64,000 nucleotides of DNA from an uncultured Candidatus Saccharibacteria bacterium (GTDB lineage: Bacteria > Patescibacteriota > Minisyncoccia > Phycocordibacterales > DSPV01). The translations under genes were made by a program, and so were the position numbers. The notes beneath the pieces are model-generated. The model ran no database searches, was not told the origin of the DNA, and was given only the letters and a program-made list of their open reading frames with translations. Shown here piece after piece: positions 19,595 through 28,553 of this stretch. Numbering within the stretch: the first letter of the stretch is position 1; every line of letters begins with the position of its first letter. The stretch lies in the NCBI GenBank assembly GCA_964617735.1, contig CAZTXT010000001.1, positions 395,589-459,588 of the forward strand, written 5' to 3'.

Positions 19595-20755
19595 ATGAAG
19601 CAGAAGAACGGAAACAGCCTGCAGATCAATGGTTTGCGGACGTGGATCGAGGTAGATCGGGGAGCCATCAAGCACAATGTTGGCCTTTTCAAGAAGCTCA
19701 TCGGGAGGAAAACCAAGTTCATGGGGGTAGTCAAATCGAATGCCTACGGCCATAGCCTTATCGATTTCTCGCGCGAGCTCGAAGACCTGGGCGCCGATTT
19801 TTTGGGGGTTGATTCGGTTGTTGAAGCGCTCGCGTTGCGGAAAAACGGCATAACCCTACCGATCCTCGTGCTCGGCTACACACTGCCTGAAATGATGGGG
19901 CAGGCCGTACAGGAGGATATCAGCCTTACCGTCTCTACCCTAGAGATTCTCGCCGCCATCTCTAAAATGAAACTTGCCCAGCCGATCAAGATCCATTTGA
20001 AAGTTGATACCGGAATGCACCGACAGGGATTTCAGTTGCGCGAGATGCGCGCGGTCGTCTCTCAACTCAAAGCGTTGAACGCTAAGCATCTCATTGCGCT
20101 TGAAGGCGTGTACACGCATTTTGCGGCGGCGAAAAACCCTTCCTTTCCGGGGTCAGTGAGACGGCAGATGCAGGAGTTTGAACAGTGGAGCAAGGCGCTC
20201 GGAGCCGCGGGTTTTTCGCCGCTTCGACACGTCTCCGCGACCGCAAGCGCGATTCTTTTTCCCGATTCTCATCTCGATATGGTCCGCATCGGCATCGGTC
20301 TCTACGGCCTATGGCCTTCGAAAGAAGTGCGCGCGTACGCCGAAGACCATTTCCCCCTGCGGCCAGCGCTTTCCTGGAAGGCCCAGATCAGCGAGGTCAA
20401 GAGGGTCTCTCGGGGAGAGGCAGTGGGGTACGACGAGACCGAACGGCTCGATCGGGATTCCGCAATCGCCGTTATTCCCATCGGATACTGGCATGGATTT
20501 CCGCGCGCCCTTTCTTCCATCGGACGCTTATTGATCAGGGGCAAGCGATCCCGGGTAGTTGGCCGAGTCTCGATGGACATGATCGTTGCTGATGTTACCG
20601 ATATCCCCGGTGTCAGGGCAGGGGACGAAGTCGTGCTTATCGGTACACAAGGTAAGGAGAGTATCTCCGCTGATGAGGTTGCCCAGTATGTGGACACGGT
20701 TCACTATGAGATCGTCACGCGCCTCAATCCCCTTATAAAGCGACTTTTCGTATAG
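19595..20755 (+). CDS. alr: Alanine racemase
   Basis: VVKSNAYGHS PLP-lysine motif; 386 aa. Confidence 0.8.
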   Translation: MKQKNGNSLQINGLRTWIEVDRGAIKHNVGLFKKLIGRKTKFMGVVKSNAYGHSLIDFSRELEDLGADFLGVDSVVEALALRKNGITLPILVLGYTLPEMMGQAVQEDISLTVSTLEILAAISKMKLAQPIKIHLKVDTGMHRQGFQLREMRAVVSQLKALNAKHLIALEGVYTHFAAAKNPSFPGSVRRQMQEFEQWSKALGAAGFSPLRHVSATASAILFPDSHLDMVRIGIGLYGLWPSKEVRAYAEDHFPLRPALSWKAQISEVKRVSRGEAVGYDETERLDRDSAIAVIPIGYWHGFPRALSSIGRLLIRGKRSRVVGRVSMDMIVADVTDIPGVRAGDEVVLIGTQGKESISADEVAQYVDTVHYEIVTRLNPLIKRLFV

Positions 20756-20806
20756 GTACGTCACTCCTTGCCTTTTTCAGGCTCTTTGGTTATAGTGCTA
20801 GACCTA

Positions 20807-20965
20807 TGTCGCAGGATAGACTCTTAAAACTTGCTTGCTCAAACTGTAAACGCATCAATTACTGGACGAGCAAAAATAAGAAGAAAGTAGAGCGTAAAAT
20901 AGAACTCGCGAAGTTTTGTAATTGGTGTCGAAAGAGGACTCCACATAAAGAAACCAAAAAATAAA
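20807..20965 (+). CDS. rpmG: 50S ribosomal protein L33 (Zn-ribbon form)
   Basis: 52-aa ORF not in the ORF track (<60 aa): MSQDRLLKLACSNCKRINYWTSKNKKKVERKIELAKFCNWCRKRTPHKETKK; CxxC...CxxC plus L33 pattern. Confidence 0.7.
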
Positions 20966-20998
20966 ACTCCCCGCGATGCGGGCGTTTTATTTATACGA
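20966..20998 (+). terminator. Rho-independent terminator after rpmG
   Basis: ccccgc-gat-gcggg hairpin followed by CGTTTTATTT. Confidence 0.6.
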
Positions 20999-21026
20999 TT
21001 TTTTGAGGTAGGATAGGGCGTACTTG

Positions 21027-21098
21027 GGTCTATAGTTTCAATGGTAAAACGTCGCTCTCCAAAAGCGAAGTTCCCCGTTCGAGTCGGGGTGGACCCGC
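21027..21098 (+). tRNA. tRNA-Trp (anticodon CCA)
   Basis: GGGTCTA TA GTTTCAATGGTAAAAC G TCGCT CTCCAAA AGCGA AGT TCCCCG TTCGAGT CGGGG TGGACCC G. Confidence 0.75.
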
Positions 21099-21101
21099 AA
21101 C

Positions 21102-21644
21102 ATGACGAAAGATACTTTTAATACGATTAAAAGGGATTTTGGTGGATTCTGTAGTTTTGCCATTTGGAGTGAGGATTTGAATGATGTCGATATTATTGAA
21201 CAGAATGTTCACGAACTTCATGGCGATATAATTTTTGTTGGATTGAATGCTAGTAATCCACTAGACACATTCAAGAATTTTCACATGGAGCGGCTTCGGG
21301 GAAGAGATAGGTGGCTGCAAGAGAAATTTAATAACCGCCCGTTTAGGGGAGCTTATATGACGGACTTTTTTAAGTCAGATTTTGCTAAGACGCAGAATAA
21401 GGTAAAAATAAACCGAGAGACTATTAATAAAGGCAGATTGACTCTAAGTAAGGAGATAGAATTACTGGGCAATAAAAACCCAATTATAGTCGCGATTGGT
21501 AAAATGGCCTGCAAACAGGTAAAAGATTCGGGTTACAAAAATGTAGAATGTCTTCCTCATTATTCACCTAGATCAGGGATTTCTGAATCGGAATTTTATA
21601 ATGCAGTTTCTGAGTTGGCGATAAAATTGAGCAAAAGGTCTTGA
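21102..21644 (+). CDS. AT-rich orphan gene; product has UDG-superfamily-like motifs (GLNASNP / HYSPRSG)
   Basis: 180 aa; GC visibly lower than its flanks; starts 3 nt after tRNA-Trp and ends overlapping the rarA start; FVGLNASNP resembles UDG motif 1 (GxNPG) and PHYSPRSG resembles motif 2 (HPSPxN). Confidence 0.45.
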   Translation: MTKDTFNTIKRDFGGFCSFAIWSEDLNDVDIIEQNVHELHGDIIFVGLNASNPLDTFKNFHMERLRGRDRWLQEKFNNRPFRGAYMTDFFKSDFAKTQNKVKINRETINKGRLTLSKEIELLGNKNPIIVAIGKMACKQVKDSGYKNVECLPHYSPRSGISESEFYNAVSELAIKLSKRS

Positions 21645-21646
21645 TT

Positions 21647-22801
21647 ATGGAACCCCTCGCATCAAAAATTAGGCCGCAGTCGCTCAAGGATTTTGTCGGA
21701 CAGGAGCACCTCGTTGGCGAGGGGAAGCCCTTGCGCGTTGCGGTAGAGAAGAAACATCTCTTTTCGTTTATCCTGTGGGGCCCGCCCGGGGTGGGGAAGA
21801 CGACGCTCGCCAAGATTTATGCGAAAGCGCTCGATGCGCGACTCTATGAGCTCTCCGCCGTCTCGGCCGGAAAAGATGATATACGGAAGATCGTTGATGA
21901 AGCCGACACGATGTTCGAGCAGAGATCGAAAGTCCTCTTTTTAGATGAGATACACCGGTTCAACAAAGCCCAACAGGATTTCCTTTTACCCTACGTTGAA
22001 TCTGGCAAATTGATACTGATCGGTGCGACGACCGAAAACCCGTCGTTTGAAGTCATCTCGCCACTTCTTTCGCGCTGTCGCGTCTTTGTCTTAAAAGTGC
22101 TTGCGCCGGACGAGCTCAAGAAAATCATCAAACGGACGAAGATCACGTTGGATAAAAAAGCAACCGACTGGCTCGTAGAGATGGCGAATGGCGACGCGCG
22201 CATTGCGATAACGGTTTTGGAAAACGCCCAAGAGCTCTACAAGAAGGTGAATGTGCAGACGCTTAAAGATACGCTCCAGCATGCGTTTCTGCGGTTCGAT
22301 AAGAAAGGTGATGAGCACTATGACACTATCTCGGCCTACATTAAAAGTATGCGTGCGGGCGATGCCGATGCGGCAATCTATTATCTCGCGCGGATGTTTG
22401 AGGGCGGGGAAGACCCAAAGTTCATCGCGCGGCGGATGGTAATTTTCGCCTCGGAAGATATCGGTCTCGCCCAGCCGACTGCGCTCGTGGTTGCCAACGA
22501 AGTCTTCCAGGCAGTTGATGTTATTGGGATGCCCGAAGCCGCGATAAATCTCGCACACGGAACGGCCTATCTTGCACTCGCGGCCAAAGACAGGAGCGCC
22601 TATGACGCCCTGCGCGCTGCGCAGGCAGATGTCCGCGAGACCGGCAATATCCCGATTCCACTGAAAATCCGCAACGCTCCAACGAAGCTTATGAAAGAAC
22701 TCGGCTACGGCGAGGGGTATCAAAAGTATGATAAGGAGAGTTATTTACCTGAAAAACTGAAAGGGAAGAAATATTTGCGCAAACGTAAAAAAGAAGATTG
22801 A
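21647..22801 (+). CDS. rarA: Replication-associated recombination protein A (AAA+ ATPase RarA/MgsA)
   Basis: LWGPPGVGKTTLAKIY Walker A, FLDEIHRFNK, MgsA C-terminal helical region; ATG at 21647 preferred over TTG at 21641. Confidence 0.85.
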   Translation: MEPLASKIRPQSLKDFVGQEHLVGEGKPLRVAVEKKHLFSFILWGPPGVGKTTLAKIYAKALDARLYELSAVSAGKDDIRKIVDEADTMFEQRSKVLFLDEIHRFNKAQQDFLLPYVESGKLILIGATTENPSFEVISPLLSRCRVFVLKVLAPDELKKIIKRTKITLDKKATDWLVEMANGDARIAITVLENAQELYKKVNVQTLKDTLQHAFLRFDKKGDEHYDTISAYIKSMRAGDADAAIYYLARMFEGGEDPKFIARRMVIFASEDIGLAQPTALVVANEVFQAVDVIGMPEAAINLAHGTAYLALAAKDRSAYDALRAAQADVRETGNIPIPLKIRNAPTKLMKELGYGEGYQKYDKESYLPEKLKGKKYLRKRKKED

Positions 22802-22860
22802 CAAATAAGGCCTCGATGCTATTTTATGTTCGGGAATCTCCCTAGAAAGGATGTAAAAAC

Positions 22861-23223
22861 ATGGCTCTTTCAACAACCAAGAGGCGTCTTGAGTTTGCAG
22901 CACGCAGAGGCCTTAGAATGGCTCGTGTCGGTCGTGACCTTGAAGTAAAGGTCAAAGAATATCTTCAAGAAATGACTTACTCTGGTGTGATATATAGTTT
23001 CATTAGACATGAACCTAATTCACCCGAAGACAAGGATGGCCGCGACTTCACGGTAGTAAAGCAGATCAACGGCGAGATAATCTCCCGATCATTCGGAGTG
23101 ACGATCTCACTGCACAGCTGGAGTCAGAGTAAGCGTCTGCACCCCACTCATCCGCAGTTTTGTTTTCCAATCGGCACCAATAAAGAGACGATTGTTAAAA
23201 GAATATTAGAGTTGTTCTCGTAG
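22861..23223 (+). CDS. Hypothetical protein (lower-GC wedge)
   Basis: 120-aa ORF with no recognisable motif; bounded by hairpin terminator aaccctga-tgcaag-tcagggtt + TATTTTTT at 23232..23265. Confidence 0.4.
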   Translation: MALSTTKRRLEFAARRGLRMARVGRDLEVKVKEYLQEMTYSGVIYSFIRHEPNSPEDKDGRDFTVVKQINGEIISRSFGVTISLHSWSQSKRLHPTHPQFCFPIGTNKETIVKRILELFS

Positions 23224-23244
23224 GTGCGCAAACCCTGATGCAAG

Positions 23245-24207
23245 TCAGGGTTTATTTTTTAGGAATTTAGATACAAGTGCTTGGATTTCTCTTGTCTCGC
23301 TTGGCCTGAGCCATTTTGTAGACCTATCTCTCTTAAACCACATCATCTGCCGTTTCGCGTAGCGCCAGATTTCTGTGTTGAGTTTTTCTATCATCTCCTG
23401 TTTCGTCATTTTTCCCCGGAGGAAACGCGCGAGGTAGCGATATTCAAGACCCAGTTCATCCATGCGTTTCCACGATAGGCCGTTTTTATGCAATTGCCGT
23501 GCTTCGGTGAGCATGCCGTTTTCGATGCGGGCAAGCAGGCGTGCGCGGATGCGGCGCTTCATCTGTGCATTATCCGTTGTTAGACCGATGAAGAAAGGTT
23601 TATACTGGATTGGTGGGGGTGGCATACTTGTTCGCTTGCGGTTGGTCCAGGCTGACCTACTAGCGATCCGCCGCCCCTCCTTTTTTATTTCTGTTTGCGC
23701 ATACGCGATCTCTATCGCCCGGATAAGCCTCCGCGGGTTTTGTCGGTCTGACTTATTCATCGCTTTTGCACGTTTCGGGTTTAGTTTCTTGAGGGTTCTG
23801 AAGAGTTCCGCGACAGATTTTTTTGCAAGTTTTGCGCGAAGTTTTCTGTTCGGGGGTATTTCGGAGAGATTTTCCCCTCCGAGAAGCGCTGAAATATAAA
23901 ATCCGGTCCCGCCGCAGATGATAGGGAGCTTTCCGCGCCGCGCGATAGACTCTATCGCGCGGCGCCCTTCCACCACGTATTTTGCGGCCGAGAATTGCTT
24001 TTTGGGGTTGGAAACATCAAGCAGATGATGTCGTATCCCGCGCATCTCCCGTTTCGTGATTTTCCCCGTTCCAATATCAAGTCCTCGATAGACCTGTCGT
24101 GAATCCGCAGAGATTATCTCGCCGTTGAAATGGCGCGCGAGCGATACTGCGAGCGCGCTTTTTCCAGTGGCTGTCGGGCCAACCACAACTACTATTTTTG
24201 TCTTCAT
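23245..24207 (-). CDS. miaA: tRNA dimethylallyltransferase
   Basis: VVVGPTATGKS P-loop, ISADSRQVYRGLDIGT. Confidence 0.85.
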   Translation of the reverse strand: MKTKIVVVVGPTATGKSALAVSLARHFNGEIISADSRQVYRGLDIGTGKITKREMRGIRHHLLDVSNPKKQFSAAKYVVEGRRAIESIARRGKLPIICGGTGFYISALLGGENLSEIPPNRKLRAKLAKKSVAELFRTLKKLNPKRAKAMNKSDRQNPRRLIRAIEIAYAQTEIKKEGRRIASRSAWTNRKRTSMPPPPIQYKPFFIGLTTDNAQMKRRIRARLLARIENGMLTEARQLHKNGLSWKRMDELGLEYRYLARFLRGKMTKQEMIEKLNTEIWRYAKRQMMWFKRDRSTKWLRPSETREIQALVSKFLKNKP

Positions 24208-24211
24208 GTAG

Positions 24212-24293
24212 TGCCGGGAGAGAGAATCGAACTCTCAAGGATTGCTCCGCACGATTTTGAGTCGTGTGCGTCTACCAATTCCGCCATCCCGGC
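24212..24293 (-). tRNA. tRNA-Leu (anticodon CAA), type II
   Basis: GCCGGGA TG GCG-GAATTGGTAGA-CGC A CACGA CTCAAAA TCGTG CGGAGCAATCCTTG AGAGT/GAGAG TTCGATT CTCTC TCCCGGC A; lies 4 nt upstream of the miaA start on the same strand. Confidence 0.8.
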
Positions 24294-24468
24294 ATCTCTT
24301 TTCCTACAAATTATTCGCTAGCGAGTGAGAGGTTTGATACCTTTTGTTTTGTCCCCAGGTATTAAACCTTATCACCAAAGACATTTTTGCTCAAACTGAA
24401 ACCATGCTAAAATCACCATATGCTTTTTAGAATTCTAAGCGCACAAGTCTAAGCCACTTCTTCTTCCC

Positions 24469-25434
24469 ATGTCTCATTTCTACGGCGACGCGATATTTTG
24501 GATAGAAGTCGAGAAGATCAAGCCCAATCCGTACCAGCCGCGGCAGGAATTCGACGAAGCCCGGCTCAATGATCTTGCTGAATCGATAAAGACCTATGGC
24601 GTGCTCCAGCCTTTGGTGGTGACCCGGCGTGAGGTCCAGAAGCCGGAGGGCGGGCTTGCCGTTGAATACGAACTGATATCGGGCGAGCGCCGCCTGCGTG
24701 CCTCTCGTCTTGCCGGCATTGCGCAGGTTCCGGCGATCATCCGCAGCGATTCCAATGATGCGCGGGTCAAGCTTGAACTGGCTATTATCGAAAACCTTCA
24801 GCGCGAAGATCTCAATCCCGTCGATCGAGCCAAAGCATTTCACCGTCTTGCCGAAGAATTCTCCTATAAACATACCCAGATCGCGGAAAAGATAGGCAAA
24901 AGCCGCGAGTATGTGTCCAATACGTTGCGTATTTTGATGCTCCCTGAAGAAATACTGCGCGCGCTCGGCGAGAGAAAAATAAATGAAGGCCACACACGCC
25001 CGATACTGATGCTCGCTGACCGTCCGGAAGAGCAAATGTCGCTCTATAAGAACATCATCGGACAGCGCATGACGGTCCGCGAGGCCGAGGGGGTCGCGCG
25101 CCGCATCGCCTTCGACCGCGTGCGTAAAAAGGAGCGTTCGTTCGATCCTGTGCTCGTTGAAATGGAAGAAAAGCTCTCCGAGACGTTGGGTACTCGGGTC
25201 CAGATAGAGCGCAAAGAGCAGGGAGGGAAGATTCACATTGATTTCTTTTCGCCGCAAGACCTCGAGCAGATACTGCGTCTGCTCGAAGCGCGGCAGATAG
25301 TGCAATCAGGCGGTGCCTCACCAGAGAAGCCGGTGGATAATATCGTACCGGCGCAGAATGAACCCCTCAATGGCTCTGTCTCGCCGAATGAAAGCGGTGA
25401 TGACCTCTATTCGATTCGGGATTTTTCGGTATAG
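24469..25434 (+). CDS. parB: Chromosome partitioning protein ParB/Spo0J
   Basis: IEVEKIKPNPYQPR N-terminal box, LISGERRLRASRLAG, HTH region. Confidence 0.85.
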   Translation: MSHFYGDAIFWIEVEKIKPNPYQPRQEFDEARLNDLAESIKTYGVLQPLVVTRREVQKPEGGLAVEYELISGERRLRASRLAGIAQVPAIIRSDSNDARVKLELAIIENLQREDLNPVDRAKAFHRLAEEFSYKHTQIAEKIGKSREYVSNTLRILMLPEEILRALGERKINEGHTRPILMLADRPEEQMSLYKNIIGQRMTVREAEGVARRIAFDRVRKKERSFDPVLVEMEEKLSETLGTRVQIERKEQGGKIHIDFFSPQDLEQILRLLEARQIVQSGGASPEKPVDNIVPAQNEPLNGSVSPNESGDDLYSIRDFSV

Positions 25435-25437
25435 AGT

Positions 25438-25516
25438 TTATTTTTCAATCTTCTTCCTGCCAGGCTGGTGTTGCTCACATAATTTATTAGAATACCGCTC
25501 GGGAATAGTCTTCGGT
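25438..25516 (-). pseudogene. Duplicated 3' fragment of topA (encodes ...TIPERYSNKLCEQHQPGRKKIEK*)
   Basis: Minus-strand translation matches the TopA C-terminus TIPERCSNKLCERHQPGRKKATE; lies about 120 bp downstream of the real topA stop. Confidence 0.55.
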
Positions 25517-25526
25517 CACACCTCTC

Positions 25527-25633
25527 GCATTCGCCGTCGCGAATGCTCGGGCGCGACCCCGGCTCGCGGTTTTTGCTGCTGCAAAAACAACGCTCCGCCT
25601 CACGAAAACTCTCCGCACGCAATGAAGATTGCG
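25527..25633. terminator. Three strong hairpins between convergent parB and topA
   Basis: gcattcgc-cgtc-gcgaatgc (25527..25546), gtttttgc-tgct-gcaaaaac (25569..25588), cgcaat-gaag-attgcg (25618..25633). Confidence 0.5.
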
Positions 25634-25636
25634 TAC

Positions 25637-27832
25637 TTATTCTGTGGCCTTTTTTCTCCCCGGCTGGTGCCTCTCACACAATTTATTACTACACCTCTCG
25701 GGTATCGTTTTCGTGCCCTCCATCATGAGTGACCCGCAGAGGTCGCAGACGCGTCCCGTCGGACGCGCTTTTATCGCGAAGGTGCATTTCGGGTAATTGG
25801 AGCAAGAGAAGAACGGTCCGAAGCGGCCTCGCCGCTCGACTATCTCTCCACTCTTGCAGACTGGACAGGTAACGCCCGTTTTTGCTTTCGCTTCCTCCTC
25901 GGCGCTTTTCTTGATGAATTTGCATTTCGGATAGTTGGCACAAGCTATGAAACGGCCGTAGCGGCCGTCGCGTTCGATGAGATCGCCACCATCTTCGGGA
26001 CATTTCTCCCCAGTCTTTTTCGGTCCTTCAAGCTCTTTGCCGTCTATCGTCCGCGCGCCTAAACAGTCTGGGAATTTCTTGCAGGAGAGGAACTTGCCCT
26101 GTTTTGATAGTTTGATCACCATCGGCCCACCGCAGATAGGGCATTTCATTCCCGGGTCGGCTTCACCGAGGTTTGTTATCTTCTCCGCAGTCTTAGATTT
26201 TTCTTTCACTTCTTTGGCAAATGGTTTATAAAATTCAGCGAGCGTATTTTCATATTCCCGCTTGCCGAGCGCAATGTCATCGAGCTTGTCTTCCATCTCG
26301 GCGGTGAACGTATCGTTAATATAGTGTCCGAAGTTCTGCTCCAAAAATCCCGAGACGACCATACCGGTGTCAGTCGGCTTGAGCGCACGCCCTTCTTTCG
26401 TTACATATTCGCGGTTTTCAAGCGTACCGATGATGGAGGCATATGTGGATGGTCTGCCGATGCCGCGCTTCTCGAGTTCCTTGACGAGGCCAGCTTCGGT
26501 GTAACGGGGTGGCGGTTGAGTCTGCTTCTCTTCGGTGTGCATCTCAACCAAAGAAAGTTCTTCACCCATCTTTACCTCGGGGACTTCGACATCCTCTCCG
26601 CGCGCGGCAGGGTCAGCCAAGAGCCAGCCCGGCGAGATGACACGGGCACCGTGTGCGGCGAAGTCCGGTATTGGATCACCGGCGACATTTGCAGTAATTT
26701 TGGTGCGCAGAATCTTTGCGTCTGCCATCTGTGAGGCGATAGTGCGCGCCCAGATAAGCTCGTAGAGTTTTCGCTGCTCCGGGTTCGCTCCCGCAGATTC
26801 GTGCGAGAGGTTGGTTGGGCGTATGGCTTCATGTGCTTCCTGCGCGTTCTTTACTTTTTTGGCGAAAGTGTGCGGGGAGAATAATTCTTTCCCGAATTTC
26901 TGCGCGATGACGGCCGCCGCCGCGCTTTTTGCGCTCTCGCTTAGGTTGGTACTATCGGTGCGCATGTATGTGATAAGTCCCGCTTCATAGAGGCGCTGTG
27001 CCGTTGACATGGTGCGGCTGGGGGAGTAGCCGAGGCGTGAGCTCGCCGCTTGCTGGAGCGTCGAGGTGATAAACGGCGCTCGGGGGGAACGTTTGGCTTC
27101 CATAGCGGCTATAGCTTTTATTTTCCAGAGACCGTTCTTTCCTTCGGCAAGGATTTTCTCGACGAGTTTTTTTTCGCGCGGTTCTTCGGTGCACGTTAGC
27201 AGGAGCGGAGCGTTGTTCTTGGTCTTTGTGTCAGCCGTGATGACCCAGAAGGTCTCGGGTTTGAAAGCCTGAATCTCGCGCTCGCGCTCTACTAATATAC
27301 GCAGGGCAGGGGATTGGACGCGTCCTGCAGAGAGGCCATAACGGACCTTCTTCCAGATAAGGCCGGAGAGGTCGTAGCCGACGAGGCGGTCGAGGACGCG
27401 CCGCGCCTCTTGGGCGCGGCGCAGATTCTCATCTATAGCGCGCGTATGCTCGAGGGCTTCGGTAACGGCTTCTTTGGTGATCTCATGATATACGGCTCGC
27501 TTGATGGGAGTTTTAACCTTCTTTTCATGCAGGATTTCAGCCAAGTGCCATGCGATAGCTTCGCCCTCTCGGTCGGGATCGGTCGCAAGGATGACCTCGT
27601 CGGCTTTTTTTGCCGCGGATGCGATCTCGTTGACGACTTTCTCTTTCAATTTGACGATCTCATAATGCGGCACGAAACCAGCTGCGACATCTATCGCATT
27701 CTTGTTTGATTTCGGCAGATCACGCACGTGCCCAACGGAAGCTTTCACGCTGTATTCTTTGCCGAGATATTTTGAAATCGTTTTTGATTTCGCCGGCGAT
27801 TCCACGACTAACAACTTCATAGTGGTAATCAC
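25637..27832 (-). CDS. topA: DNA topoisomerase I with C-terminal zinc ribbons
   Basis: MKLLVVESPAKSKTISKYLG...GHVRDLP Toprim start; multiple CxxC zinc ribbons at the C-terminus. Confidence 0.9.
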   Translation of the reverse strand: MITTMKLLVVESPAKSKTISKYLGKEYSVKASVGHVRDLPKSNKNAIDVAAGFVPHYEIVKLKEKVVNEIASAAKKADEVILATDPDREGEAIAWHLAEILHEKKVKTPIKRAVYHEITKEAVTEALEHTRAIDENLRRAQEARRVLDRLVGYDLSGLIWKKVRYGLSAGRVQSPALRILVEREREIQAFKPETFWVITADTKTKNNAPLLLTCTEEPREKKLVEKILAEGKNGLWKIKAIAAMEAKRSPRAPFITSTLQQAASSRLGYSPSRTMSTAQRLYEAGLITYMRTDSTNLSESAKSAAAAVIAQKFGKELFSPHTFAKKVKNAQEAHEAIRPTNLSHESAGANPEQRKLYELIWARTIASQMADAKILRTKITANVAGDPIPDFAAHGARVISPGWLLADPAARGEDVEVPEVKMGEELSLVEMHTEEKQTQPPPRYTEAGLVKELEKRGIGRPSTYASIIGTLENREYVTKEGRALKPTDTGMVVSGFLEQNFGHYINDTFTAEMEDKLDDIALGKREYENTLAEFYKPFAKEVKEKSKTAEKITNLGEADPGMKCPICGGPMVIKLSKQGKFLSCKKFPDCLGARTIDGKELEGPKKTGEKCPEDGGDLIERDGRYGRFIACANYPKCKFIKKSAEEEAKAKTGVTCPVCKSGEIVERRGRFGPFFSCSNYPKCTFAIKARPTGRVCDLCGSLMMEGTKTIPERCSNKLCERHQPGRKKATE

Positions 27833-27940
27833 TATTACACGGAACTAGAAAATTATGCAAATCTTGGCAAGAAAAACCATAGAGCACGCATAAAAGAAAA
27901 ACGCCGCGGGTACTCGATACTCGCGGCGCTCTGAACTGTT

Positions 27941-28258
27941 TTAGGTCTTTGTTCTCACGGTGCTGTGCAGATGCACGAATTGGATGACGAGAGGTTCCGG
28001 CATCTCCACCAGGATTTCACGTACCAGGTACAAGTCTTCTTCCTGTGCCGAAGAGACGCGAAGAAAGGGTTTTGCATTCTCTTTGTCGTCAACGGCAAGA
28101 ATAGGAGACGTCACCATGGAATTAGGGCGGACATAGGTTATCCGATCGCGAAGAGAACCTTCTGTGTCTTCGCTCCAGCCCTCGACGGCGCCGCACATAG
28201 CTACATACAGTCGGCGTGCTTCGCTTCTTTCGTACCCGATGATTTCAATGCTGATCAT
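27941..28258 (-). CDS. Small cytosolic protein, weak DUF190/PII-like resemblance (hypothetical)
   Basis: Start MISIEIIGYERSE with AAAGGAG SD 5 nt upstream; chosen over the in-frame upstream extension to 28573. Confidence 0.4.
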   Translation of the reverse strand: MISIEIIGYERSEARRLYVAMCGAVEGWSEDTEGSLRDRITYVRPNSMVTSPILAVDDKENAKPFLRVSSAQEEDLYLVREILVEMPEPLVIQFVHLHSTVRTKT

Positions 28259-28300
28259 AACAACTCCTTTGGTTAACGGTTCTCTGCGCACCTTAGCATG

Positions 28301-28355
28301 GTTTTTAAAAAAGAAAAGCGCCGTCGCGTTTACGCGACGGCGCGATACTGTTCGC
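28301..28355 (-). terminator. Strong rho-independent terminator (11-bp GC stem, minus-strand U-tract)
   Basis: gcgccgtcgcg-ttta-cgcgacggcgc flanked by an A-run on the plus strand, i.e. a T-run on the minus strand. Confidence 0.6.
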
Positions 28356-28507
28356 ACTTTTTTGTTCATATGCTCCTGCTGTGTCCGAATTGCTGCTGCG
28401 AGTGCGAACGCTCGTCCGAGGTACCAGAGCCAACGTTCTCTCTGAAGCCGTTTATCGTACCTCCTGCGCCGGATACGCTGTGCTTTCTGCAAGATCTTTT
28501 GTATCAT
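28356..28507 (-). CDS. Putative Arg-rich leader ORF (MIQKILQKAQRIRRRRYDKRLQRERW...) reading into the terminator
   Basis: AAAGGAG SD + ATG at 28507; same frame continues without a stop through the terminator into 27941..28258. Confidence 0.25.
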
Positions 28508-28553
28508 ACCGCTCCTTTCTTCTGGAGGGATTATATGCAAAATGCACTTGATT

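Noticed and set aside
24427-25305. 292-aa minus-strand ORF
   Set aside because: Entirely antisense to the well-supported parB gene; no motifs.
25440-25720. Repeat pair, which could be CRISPR-like or a mobile-element inverted repeat
   Set aside because: Only two divergent copies, explained as a duplicated topA 3' end. No array or periodic spacing anywhere in the window.
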